This document shows, piece after piece, positions 40,466 to 49,094 of a DNA stretch of 64,000 nucleotides. Where the stretch lies: the NCBI GenBank assembly GCA_022793655.1, contig JAAWDG010000009.1:57405-121404 (forward strand), given 5' to 3'. The position numbers and the translations under genes are program-made. Below the pieces are notes generated by a model. The model did not search any database and was not told the DNA's origin. It saw only the letters and a list, made by a program, of their open reading frames with translations. Within the stretch, counting starts at the first letter, position 1; each line of letters starts with the position of its first letter. The stretch comes from Clostridiales bacterium (GTDB lineage: Bacteria; Bacillota; Clostridia; Oscillospirales; CAG-272).

Positions 40466-41542
40466 TTGATTTGTGTACAAAATTTAACGAAGATCTATGG
40501 CAATAATACGGCGGTAAAGGATATTTCTTTTGAGATAGAAGAGGGAAAGGTGTATGGTTTTTTGGGACCTAACGGTGCAGGAAAATCCACCACGATGAAT
40601 ATGATTACCGGATGTCTTGCCGCAACAAAGGGAAAGGTGAGCATCGATGGGCTTGATCATTTTGATGAGGCAAAAAAGGCAAAAGCACACATTGGCTATC
40701 TGCCTGAACAGCCACCGCTTTATTATGATTTGACTCCCTATGAGTACCTTATGTTTGTAGGCGAAGCCAAAGGATTAAAAGCAGAGGCGTTATCCCGTCA
40801 GGTCAATGAAGTAATGGCTGAAACACAGATTACCGATGTGTCCGGGCGGCTGATTAAAAATTTATCTAAAGGATATAAACAGCGTGTCGGCATTGCGCAG
40901 GCGATGCTTGGCAACCCCAAATATATTATTTTGGACGAGCCTACGGTAGGGTTAGATCCTTTGCAGATTATTGAAATTCGCAAATTGATTCGTTCTTTGG
41001 CGAAAGAACGTACGGTTATTCTTTCCAGCCATATTTTAGCCGAGGTGCAGGAAGTGTGCGATGAGCTGATTGTGATTGTTGGCGGCCGGATTGCGGCGAA
41101 AGGCACCATGGAAGAGATCAAGAAAAACTTATCAGGGCCCAGCACCGTTACTGTAGCGGCAAAAAGCGAACCGGGCGTCGATGAAAGCTTGTTTGCTGGT
41201 ATAGATGGAGTTGACTCATTGCAATGTAGTCTGGGAAAGGGCGAACAACAAAATGAGACGCATTTCCACATCACGGTGGCAGACGGGGCGGATATTCGTG
41301 AAGCGGTGTTTAAACGGTTCTGTGAAAAAGGGTTTGTGTTATTAGAAATGACCGCTTATGTGCCAAGCTTGGAGGATATATTTATTCGTTTGACTGAAAG
41401 CTGCGACGAGGATCCGGAACCAGCGACAGAAATTTTGCTTTCGCCCGCGGCGCAAGAGGCCGCTGATTTGCTGATACAAACAGGCGAAGAAGAGAAAGAG
41501 CTTACATATGAAGAAGAAGCGTTAGGAGGAGATAAAGAATGA
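40466..41542 (+). CDS. ABC transporter ATP-binding protein (GldA-like)
   Basis: TTG start 7 nt after AAAGGAGG. GPNGAGKST, LSKGYKQR, IILDEPTVGLD. The track ORF from 40169 is a non-coding extension. Confidence 0.85.
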   Translation: MICVQNLTKIYGNNTAVKDISFEIEEGKVYGFLGPNGAGKSTTMNMITGCLAATKGKVSIDGLDHFDEAKKAKAHIGYLPEQPPLYYDLTPYEYLMFVGEAKGLKAEALSRQVNEVMAETQITDVSGRLIKNLSKGYKQRVGIAQAMLGNPKYIILDEPTVGLDPLQIIEIRKLIRSLAKERTVILSSHILAEVQEVCDELIVIVGGRIAAKGTMEEIKKNLSGPSTVTVAAKSEPGVDESLFAGIDGVDSLQCSLGKGEQQNETHFHITVADGADIREAVFKRFCEKGFVLLEMTAYVPSLEDIFIRLTESCDEDPEPATEILLSPAAQEAADLLIQTGEEEKELTYEEEALGGDKE

Positions 41543-42402
41543 TTGCTATTTTCAAAAAAGAGCTTAAGACCTATTTTGCTTCTATGACAGGTTATATTTT
41601 TATTGGCATTTTGCTGCTTTTAGCAGGTATTATGTGTTTAGCGATTAACCTGTTTAACGGGCCTACGAATTATGAGTTATCTCTTTCCATGGTTAGCTAT
41701 ATCTTCTTGTTAATCGTGCCGATCTTGACTATGAGCGTTATGGCTGATGAGCGGAAGAACAAAACTGACCAGCTTTTGTATGCTTTGCCTGTTAATGCTT
41801 CCGAAATTGTGATTGGTAAATTTGGCGCGATTGCGGCCGTTTTCGCGGTGCCGGTTATCATCATGTGTTTATACCCTTTTATTCTTTCGTTATATGGTCA
41901 GGTCAATTTTTTGTCAGCGTATAGTGGTATTCTTGGCTTCTATTTGCTGGGGTGTGCACTGCTTGCTTTTGGTCTGTTTATTTCCTCTTTGACTGAAAGC
42001 CCAGTCATTGCGGCGGTGATTTGTTTCTTTTCACTTTTGTTTATGTATTTATTAAGTTCTTTCGCTTCGCTGATTCCTGCTGGCGCTTTTGCTTCTTATC
42101 TGTGCTTTATTGCGCTGATCGCAATCATAGCATTTCTGGCTTATGTGCTTACCAATCATTCACTGTTTTCAATGGTTCTTTTTGTAGTGGGCTGCGGCGG
42201 GCTAACGATTTTATACTTTGTTAATTCGGCTCTTTTTGAAGGCGCGTTCCCCGCATTTTTAAACTGGCTATGCGTGTATGACCGATATATTGCTTTTGTC
42301 AGCGGTATGTTTGATATAACAAGCATCGTATATTATCTTTCAATTATATTCCTCTGTTTGTTTTTCAGTGTGCAAGCGCTTGAAAAACGTCGGTGGCAAT
42401 AA
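41539..42402 (+). CDS. ABC-2 family permease (GldF-like)
   Basis: 287 aa, 6-7 TM. ATG overlaps the ATPase stop. Confidence 0.75.
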   Translation: MIAIFKKELKTYFASMTGYIFIGILLLLAGIMCLAINLFNGPTNYELSLSMVSYIFLLIVPILTMSVMADERKNKTDQLLYALPVNASEIVIGKFGAIAAVFAVPVIIMCLYPFILSLYGQVNFLSAYSGILGFYLLGCALLAFGLFISSLTESPVIAAVICFFSLLFMYLLSSFASLIPAGAFASYLCFIALIAIIAFLAYVLTNHSLFSMVLFVVGCGGLTILYFVNSALFEGAFPAFLNWLCVYDRYIAFVSGMFDITSIVYYLSIIFLCLFFSVQALEKRRWQ

Positions 42403-42416
42403 AAAAGGAGGAATCA

Positions 42417-43907
42417 ATGATGAATCAATTAAAATCTTCTTTTACCAAGAGAAATTTCAAAGCCGGTGCGATGAGCGTGACCTTGATGGCCGTTGCGGTG
42501 GCCGTTGTTATTTTTATCAATTTGTTGGTTAATGCTCTTCCAGCGTCGTTTACGAAGTTAGATGTAACCAGTGCCAAACTCTATAAGTTATCAAAAGAAG
42601 GCGAAGAACTAATTGCTTCTTTTGATGAAGAAATCACCATTCGCTATTTGGTTTCAGATGAGAGCAAAGACGATTATGTGGATGAACTGTTACATCGTGC
42701 CGCGGCAGCGAATGCCAAGATTAAATTAGTCACGATTGATCCGGTTCTGCATCCCGAGCAGGTAACGAATTACACCTCTTTGGGTCAGAACAGTTTTGTG
42801 GTGGTTAGCGGCAAGCGGGAACGAGCCGTCAATTATAACGATCTTTATCAGACAAAATATTATTATGAAGGACAAGAGATTTCAGCTGAAACCTATTCGC
42901 AGTATGCGGCTTATTATCAATATGGCATGACGCAAACCGCACCGCAGAGCGAGCGCAGCTTTGCGGGCGAAACGGCGCTGGCTTCGGCGCTGGCCTATGT
43001 AACCACTGATCAAGTACCGGTGGTATATACGCTGAGCGGTCATGGCGAAATTGCGATGGACAGCAAACTTTCAGAATATTTATCCAACGATAATGTGGAT
43101 GTGAAAACGCTCCAGTTAGCGACAGCTGATGAGGTGCCGGCCGATGCTAACGCGGTTTTAGTGATGGCGCCAAATAGCGATCTTTCTGAGAGCGAACGTG
43201 ACCGGTTAAACGCTTATATACAGAGCGGCGGTCATGTGATTGTGTATACCTATTATAATTATGGGGTGGGCGATCATCTAAAGGAACTGCTGCGTACGTA
43301 TGGTATGGAGAGCGTTGATGGCTTAGTGATGGAAACGGATGCCACCATGTATAATGGCATGTATTATTCGCTTTATCCGCGTATTTTAAATCATGAATTT
43401 ACCAAGGAGCTTTCGGGCAAATATTTGTTTGCGCCGATTGCGCACGGTATAAAAGAGACTGAGCAGGTGCCTGAGCACGTAACGGTTGAACCGCTGCTTG
43501 AGACCAGTGATGACTCTTTTGCGCGGGTTGGCTTTGGCGAGGACGATGATATAACAAGTGTTGAAAAGACGGATGCGGATGCCGCAGGACCTTTTATGAT
43601 CGGCGCTTCGGCCATATACGCGCCGGAAGAAGGGGAGGCAGGCCGTGTTACCTGGTATGCTACGCCATATTTGACGAATACCCTTTATGATGATAACGGT
43701 GCGATTTCAGAGTTGTTTCTTGCTACCGTAGAATCAACATGTGAGATTGAAACCTCTGTATCCTTGGCAACAAAGAAAATAACGGCTGAGCAGGTAGTAG
43801 CCGCGACTTCTGACCGTATTATCTGGGGCTTGATTTTAGTGGGTGCGATTCCGCTTGCCATATTTGCGCTGGGTCTTTGCATTTGGATGAAGAGGAGGAA
43901 AAAATAA
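42417..43907 (+). CDS. GldG-like ABC transporter auxiliary component
   Basis: N- and C-terminal TM anchors flank a ~440 aa extracytoplasmic domain. AAAGGAGG RBS is present. Confidence 0.65.
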   Translation: MMNQLKSSFTKRNFKAGAMSVTLMAVAVAVVIFINLLVNALPASFTKLDVTSAKLYKLSKEGEELIASFDEEITIRYLVSDESKDDYVDELLHRAAAANAKIKLVTIDPVLHPEQVTNYTSLGQNSFVVVSGKRERAVNYNDLYQTKYYYEGQEISAETYSQYAAYYQYGMTQTAPQSERSFAGETALASALAYVTTDQVPVVYTLSGHGEIAMDSKLSEYLSNDNVDVKTLQLATADEVPADANAVLVMAPNSDLSESERDRLNAYIQSGGHVIVYTYYNYGVGDHLKELLRTYGMESVDGLVMETDATMYNGMYYSLYPRILNHEFTKELSGKYLFAPIAHGIKETEQVPEHVTVEPLLETSDDSFARVGFGEDDDITSVEKTDADAAGPFMIGASAIYAPEEGEAGRVTWYATPYLTNTLYDDNGAISELFLATVESTCEIETSVSLATKKITAEQVVAATSDRIIWGLILVGAIPLAIFALGLCIWMKRRKK

Positions 43908-44860
43908 TGAAAAAAGGCGGGTTGCTGCTGGCGCTTTTGATCATTCTTGTCGTTTGTGCTTCTCTCTATGCATTGACTCTGTCGATGAATCGACAGGATG
44001 CAGCGGAGGAGGAAAGCGCTCCGGTATTAACGGTGGTAAAATCGATTGATATAGAAAATATTACGGGATTTACACTCACGAATACGAAAGGCACGCATAT
44101 TTTTGAAAGACAACAAAATGGTTGGGTATACAATAACGATTCGCATTTTCCTATGAATACTGATTTTGTCAATACCACGTTAGAGGCACTCTCGTCTATT
44201 TCGGCTATTGAAGTGCTTGATAGGGAGGGAGAGGATCTGTCTGCCTATGGTCTTGTGGAACCGCAGATGACCCTATCCATTACGGAAAGCGTGACCGATG
44301 GTAAGCAAATTACTCGGTTCTTGATTGGCAATTATAATTCATTTAACGGCTATTATTATATGATGGTGGAGGGAAACGAGGATATCTTTATCATTGATAA
44401 TAAATTAGTCGACTTGTGCGGGAAAGAAGAAAAGGATTTAATTCAGCTCGATACGCTGCCCGAAAACTTTGCTGCCGATAAAATAACAGCTATTACGGTA
44501 AGTTATATGGAAACTGAACGTACATTTACAGATGAAAGCGAGGGATTCACTGAGCTTGTGCAAGCGGCGGGTGCTCTTTCGCTGGCACAATACGAAAAAT
44601 ATTATTTTGATAAAAAAGAATTTATAACGCCGATTGAAATTGTTATTTCTTATTCAGATACGGTGAGCAGCAATGCTGAGGGTTCTTCTTCGGTAACGTC
44701 GGCTGTTGATTATGAATATAAGATTACGGCATCCAGCCATGCGGAGGATGGCAAGGTCTTGTTTACGGTCGAAGATTCTGAAATTTTGTATCGTATGGAC
44801 AAAGAAAAGTTCATTAGCTTAGAAACGCTTTTAGCAAATTGGGATACATCGTCAAAATAA
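43907..44860 (+). CDS. DUF4340-like membrane-anchored protein
   Basis: MKKGGLLLALLIILVV anchor. The ATG overlaps the gldG-like stop (TAATG). This is the usual fourth gene of such clusters. Confidence 0.6.
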   Translation: MKKGGLLLALLIILVVCASLYALTLSMNRQDAAEEESAPVLTVVKSIDIENITGFTLTNTKGTHIFERQQNGWVYNNDSHFPMNTDFVNTTLEALSSISAIEVLDREGEDLSAYGLVEPQMTLSITESVTDGKQITRFLIGNYNSFNGYYYMMVEGNEDIFIIDNKLVDLCGKEEKDLIQLDTLPENFAADKITAITVSYMETERTFTDESEGFTELVQAAGALSLAQYEKYYFDKKEFITPIEIVISYSDTVSSNAEGSSSVTSAVDYEYKITASSHAEDGKVLFTVEDSEILYRMDKEKFISLETLLANWDTSSK

Positions 44861-44874
44861 AATAATGTAAAAAG

Positions 44875-44903
44875 AAAAGGACTGTTTCGTACAGTCCTTT
44901 TTT
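44875..44903 (+). terminator. Intrinsic terminator
   Basis: ggactgt-ttcgt-acagtcc plus T6. Confidence 0.75.
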
Positions 44904-45094
44904 GCAAGCAGGAGCTGTGAGCCGTGATATAACAGGGTATTCTATTTTGCGTAGAGTCTAATTCTCATCGAGGTAGCGCGCCGGATCTTGTTTGTAGGTT
45001 GCATTTTTGGCCATGATTGCCTATACTAAATTTCGTAAAATATAACCGAGTTTGGCGGGTGCGCCTGACTTTGATTTTATGGAAGGGTGAGAGC

Positions 45095-45979
45095 ATGAGC
45101 GAAAAGAAATTAGCCATTTTGACAGATTCGGCCTCTAATCTGACGGACGATCTGTTAGATCAATATGATATTGATATGATTTCCTTTAAGGCCAAATTGG
45201 ATAAGGAGGATTTTGCCTGCTGGCAGCGGGGACGCAATTATGCACAGGCGGCAAAAAAATTTTATGATTCCATGCGGGCGGGTCTTATGCCCAAAACATC
45301 GCTGATTAATACACAAGCATTTATCGACTTTTTCACACCGTTTCTGGCGGCAGGACAGGATGTATTGTATATTGGTATGTCGCGTGGTCTTACAGGGACG
45401 GTAAGCGCCGCGAATCAAGCGGCAGAAGAATTAGCAAATCTTTATCCGCAAAGGCAGTGTGTCGTGGTCGATTCGGTTGGCGCTTCGCTGGGAGAAGGGC
45501 TGTTAGTGATTCAAGCGGCGCAAATGCGTAATGAAGGGATGAATTTAGCAGATATTCAAAAGGCGATTGCGAATACAATTCCTCATATGAATCATTTATT
45601 TACGGTGGATGATTTGGTATATTTGCATCGGGGCGGCCGAATATCCACGTTTGTGAAATTGGCGGGCGCTCTTATGGGCATTAAACCTTTATTAAAAGCA
45701 ACTGACCAAGGCACGATTGAACTTTATAGTAAATGTCGGGGCCGCCGCCGGTCACTCGAAATCTTGGCAGAGCAGTTTGCTAAAACGGCGTTACAGCCGT
45801 TTAAGCAGATTGTGGGCATTGCTCACGCTGATTGTGAAGATGACGCGCATTTATTAAAGCATTTAATTGAAGAAATGACGCAGGTAAAGCAAGTTATTGT
45901 CCGCCCTTATGATTTATGCTCTGGTTCACATGTTGGCCCTGGTGCGATTGCTTTGTTTTTTGAAGCGGAATGCAGATAG
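45095..45979 (+). CDS. DegV family fatty-acid-binding protein
   Basis: MSEKKLAILTDSASNLTDDLL... is a DegV N-terminus. GGTGAGAG RBS. The track start at 45017 is too early. Confidence 0.85.
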   Translation: MSEKKLAILTDSASNLTDDLLDQYDIDMISFKAKLDKEDFACWQRGRNYAQAAKKFYDSMRAGLMPKTSLINTQAFIDFFTPFLAAGQDVLYIGMSRGLTGTVSAANQAAEELANLYPQRQCVVVDSVGASLGEGLLVIQAAQMRNEGMNLADIQKAIANTIPHMNHLFTVDDLVYLHRGGRISTFVKLAGALMGIKPLLKATDQGTIELYSKCRGRRRSLEILAEQFAKTALQPFKQIVGIAHADCEDDAHLLKHLIEEMTQVKQVIVRPYDLCSGSHVGPGAIALFFEAECR

Positions 45980-46018
45980 TTTTATGCAGCGGTCATGGTG
46001 CTCTGATTTTTTAAATAT

Positions 46019-46060
46019 TACAACAAGGCAAAGCTTTATGCTTTGCCTTGTTGTATCTTT
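46019..46060 (+). terminator. Hairpin terminator after the DegV-family gene
   Basis: caacaaggcaaagc-tttat-gctttgccttgttg, with a weak T tail. Confidence 0.55.
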
Positions 46061-46070
46061 ATGAATTTTA

Positions 46071-46315
46071 TGATATTATAAGAATGCTCCGCAAGGATCA
46101 TTCTTATAAAGATTGACTTGTCACCCCGAAAAAGGGGTGACATTCCAGCTTTGCCGGAACTGCCAATCTTTATGGTGGTTAAAAAATTCATGATATCATA
46201 AGAACAAGCCGTATGGCTTGTTCTTAGAAAGTTTATCTTTTCGCTTTAACAAGCGAAATTCCAGCGAAGCTGAAAACGATAAACTTCAAGATAGCTAAAA
46301 AGATATGATATTATA
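46071..46315 (+). repeat. Tandem direct repeat of a structured ~115-120 nt module (2 full copies plus a third copy of the leading box)
   Basis: TGATAT(T/C)ATA occurs at 46071, 46191 and 46306. The modules share the same hairpin and three-way-junction architecture with compensatory changes (see findings). Confidence 0.8.
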
Positions 46316-46395
46316 TAAAAATGTGGGGTTTTTAGAAGTTTTAGATGCCACGGAAGAAGCAACTGTTTTCGATTGAAGATAGATAAGGATAGAAT

Positions 46396-47046
46396 ATGAA
46401 GATAAAAATGATGCGAAACAATAAAAAGAGCTTTTTGCTGAAAATTGCTATCATGGTACTTTGTATTATGCTACTTTTAGCGCTTGTTTATGGGATTGCT
46501 ATGGCTGTAAATCAGCAGTTGCAAGAAAAACGCAATGAGTCAGATGAAATAAATACCGACAATTTTGTCTATTATTTTCCCGATTGGGAGGAAAATATTT
46601 GGCAAGATGAAGATTATATAGAAAAAGATCGTACCATCTATTTTCAGAATGGCGCTGAAACATATCCGTTATCTGATATTGGCAGTGAGGGACGAGGTGC
46701 ATCGTTTTTTATGAGTTATGTCGATGCTTTGATCGAGGGTGATTATGAGGCCCTGAATCATATGTATACCAGTGAATACACCGACAAAAATGGATTATTC
46801 GAACCTTTTACTAAGCAGAAAGTCTATAATGTTTTAGTGTCGTATAAAGGTACTGCGGAGGGAATTGATGGGTATGGCAAGGCAGAAGTGTTTGATCTTT
46901 CTTACTATATTATGAAAAATAATGGCACTTTTAGGCGGGATATAGAAAGCAACCGCTCCCGTACGCAGATTATTTATTTGGTGCAGACAAATGAGGGCTA
47001 TAAAATTTATGAGGTGTGTTATTATAAAAACAGGTCGACGGAGTGA
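46396..47046 (+). CDS. Hypothetical membrane-anchored protein
   Basis: 216 aa with a basic N-terminus and a TM (LLKIAIMVLCIMLLLALVYGIAMAV). The extracytoplasmic domain has no recognisable motif. Confidence 0.55.
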   Translation: MKIKMMRNNKKSFLLKIAIMVLCIMLLLALVYGIAMAVNQQLQEKRNESDEINTDNFVYYFPDWEENIWQDEDYIEKDRTIYFQNGAETYPLSDIGSEGRGASFFMSYVDALIEGDYEALNHMYTSEYTDKNGLFEPFTKQKVYNVLVSYKGTAEGIDGYGKAEVFDLSYYIMKNNGTFRRDIESNRSRTQIIYLVQTNEGYKIYEVCYYKNRSTE

Positions 47047-47055
47047 AAAATTGTA

Positions 47056-47084
47056 TTGACATTATGCTGTATTTGTGATAAAAT
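47056..47084 (+). promoter_or_regulatory. Sigma-A-type promoter of tRNA-Pro
   Basis: TTGACA, a 17-nt spacer, then TGaTAAAAT. Confidence 0.7.
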
Positions 47085-47116
47085 CAATTCCAGCGATTTG
47101 ATTTTATATCGTTTAG

Positions 47117-47193
47117 CGGGGTGTGGCTCAGCTTGGTAGAGCGCTTGGTTCGGGACCAAGAGGCCGCTGGTTCGAATCCAGTCACTCCGACCA
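47117..47193 (+). tRNA. tRNA-Pro (anticodon CGG), CCA encoded
   Basis: CGGGGTG acceptor stem pairs with CACTCCG. Anticodon stem-loop is CTTGG-TTCGGGA-CCAAG. T-arm is GGTTCGAATCC. The 3' end is ACCA. Confidence 0.9.
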
Positions 47194-47215
47194 CAAACGA
47201 AACAGAGTTTCGTTG

Positions 47216-47249
47216 AAAAAAGCCTTGGTTTTCGAGGCTTTTTTCTTTT
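47216..47249 (+). terminator. Intrinsic terminator after tRNA-Pro
   Basis: aaaaaagccttg-gtttt-cgaggcttttttctttt. Confidence 0.75.
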
Positions 47250-47435
47250 GCTTACACGGTTTTTACTGTGATTATCGTGTAATTTCGTTCAAAAATTTAA
47301 TAGCTCTTTCCTCTTCGCGGGAATATAGATGAGAATAGGTGGCTATCGATCTTTTTATAGCCGCTTAAGGTAGTTTACTTCTTTTGTTCAGTTAGAAAAA
47401 TAGGTTATTCTACACAAAAAATTTATTTGGAATTA

Positions 47436-47464
47436 TTTACAATGTTGGCGAAATATGGTACGAT
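47436..47464 (+). promoter_or_regulatory. Sigma-A-type promoter
   Basis: TTTACA, a 17-nt spacer, then TGgTACGAT, upstream of CDS 47491. Confidence 0.5.
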
Positions 47465-47490
47465 GATTTGTAATAATAAAGGGGAATAAG

Positions 47491-48675
47491 ATGAGCAAAA
47501 AAGAGTTTGAAAGAAAGCCGAAGAGCGAAAAGCCAGTTTTGGCGATTTGCTATGATTTTGATAAAACATTGTCTCCTGACGATATGCAGGCGCAGGGGTA
47601 TATTCAGTCTGTGGGCTATGATATTGCAGATTTTTGGAGTGAATCAAATGCTCTTGCCGAGCAAAATGATATGGATCAAAATTTAGCCTATATGTACAAA
47701 ATGGTGAAAGAAGCAGAAGGGAATATTATTTTTAATAAAAAAGCGTTAGCGGATTATGGCGCCAAAGTCAGCCTGTTTCCGGGGGTGGAGTCTTGGTTTG
47801 AAAGAATTCGGGAATATGGTGCTTTGCAAGGTGTGATTGTAGAGCATTATATTATTTCTTCTGGATTAAAGGAAATGATTGAGGGCACGAAAGTAGCAAA
47901 AGAGGGTGCATTTGAAAGGATATTTGCCAGTTCGTTTTATTATAATGAACGAGGTGTGGCTGTATGGCCGGCACAGGTGATTAACTACACTAACAAAACG
48001 CAGTTTTTGTTTCGGATTGAAAAGGGGACTTTAGATGTTAACGATACGCATGTGAATGATTTTTTTGCGCCGGAAGATATCAGGGTGCCTTTTCGCAATA
48101 TGGTTTATATAGGAGACAGTGATACAGATATCCCGTGCATGAAGCTGGTTAATTCTTATGGCGGCCATTCGATTGGCGTTTATAATGCGAACACGGAGGA
48201 TAAAACCAAAGTGTATAAAATGATGCGGGACAGCCGCATTAAATATTATGTGCCGGCAGATTATTCAGAGGGAACCGAATTAGATGCTTTAGTCAAGGCG
48301 ATTATTGACCGAACTGCTACCAATGAAATATTGGAAAATAAATATTATGCGTGTAAAAAAGAGACGATAGAGGCGGATTATCTAAGCAGCAAAGAGGAGC
48401 AAAAGAAACGCGACTTGATTATAGCGCTTGAAAACAGCGGAAATTTTGCTGCAACACATTCGATTATTGGAGAGTTGTGTCGATATCAATCCTGGTCGGA
48501 TACCGAACAAGAGACGTTGTTTGATATAGCGATCCAAAATAGTCAAGTTTTTTGCATTTTAGGCGACAGTGATGTCAAGCAGTTTTATAAACAGCTTTTA
48601 GACACTTTTGATGGGGTTAGCTATGCGGCCGATTTGGTCAAAGAAGAAATTGAAAAATCACTCAAGAAAGGTTAG
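47491..48675 (+). CDS. HAD-superfamily hydrolase-like protein with an uncharacterised C-terminal helical extension
   Basis: Motif I is YDFDKTL, motif II IISSG, motif IV GDSDTD. About 100 extra C-terminal residues have no recognisable motif. Confidence 0.65.
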   Translation: MSKKEFERKPKSEKPVLAICYDFDKTLSPDDMQAQGYIQSVGYDIADFWSESNALAEQNDMDQNLAYMYKMVKEAEGNIIFNKKALADYGAKVSLFPGVESWFERIREYGALQGVIVEHYIISSGLKEMIEGTKVAKEGAFERIFASSFYYNERGVAVWPAQVINYTNKTQFLFRIEKGTLDVNDTHVNDFFAPEDIRVPFRNMVYIGDSDTDIPCMKLVNSYGGHSIGVYNANTEDKTKVYKMMRDSRIKYYVPADYSEGTELDALVKAIIDRTATNEILENKYYACKKETIEADYLSSKEEQKKRDLIIALENSGNFAATHSIIGELCRYQSWSDTEQETLFDIAIQNSQVFCILGDSDVKQFYKQLLDTFDGVSYAADLVKEEIEKSLKKG

Positions 48676-48981
48676 CATAAAAGCATTTGTAAACATAGAA
48701 AAAGCATACCTAAGGGAGAGGCTGCATAAGGAAGCGGCTTCTCCCTTATGCTTTGTAATCAGCCGGTATGAGTGGGATTGTAGGAAAATCAAATGCTTTG
48801 GGTACAGTGTATAGAATCGTATTCGAAACAGAGCAATCGAAATTATAAATACAAAATTGATATTCACATAACGGCAAACGGGTGATGGTACTACAAAGTA
48901 TCATGACTCATTTTTTATTGTGTAACAACAAGGTTTCGGGGTACCCAACCGTAATCTTTGATTGCGTTGTCGGGTTCTTAT

Positions 48982-49036
48982 TTTACACTGATTTCACACG
49001 GATTAGATTACGGATTTTACACCGATATCGTAGAAT
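48982..49036 (+). promoter_or_regulatory. Pho-box promoter of the pst operon
   Basis: TTTACA (48982), TTCACA (48993) and TTTACA (49016) lie at ~11-bp phasing in place of a -35, followed by the -10 TAGAAT (49031-49036). Confidence 0.6.
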
Positions 49037-49094
49037 GTAACCGTAGTCAAAAGAAAAATCTACAATACGATAAATGTCAAAAGGAGACACAGAA

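Noticed and set aside
46062-46330. I considered whether the tandem modules are a CRISPR array, a tandem glycine riboswitch, a type III toxin-antitoxin RNA repeat, or a Xer dif site.
   Set aside because: CRISPR: the conserved box is only ~15 nt, has 120-nt spacing, and no cas genes are present. Glycine riboswitch: the cores (GGAGAG...ACCGAAGGGGCAA) are absent. Type III TA: the downstream protein is membrane-anchored, not ToxN-like, and the repeats are not near-identical. dif: the AT-rich box has only loose resemblance to dif and occurs three times.
47123-47332. A 69-aa plus-strand ORF overlapping tRNA-Pro.
   Set aside because: It reads through a well-folded tRNA gene and its terminator, so it is an artefact.
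47117-49073. A possible genomic island or prophage remnant at tRNA-Pro.
   Set aside because: There is no integrase, transposase, att-like repeat of the tRNA 3' end, or obvious compositional break. Core pst genes follow immediately.
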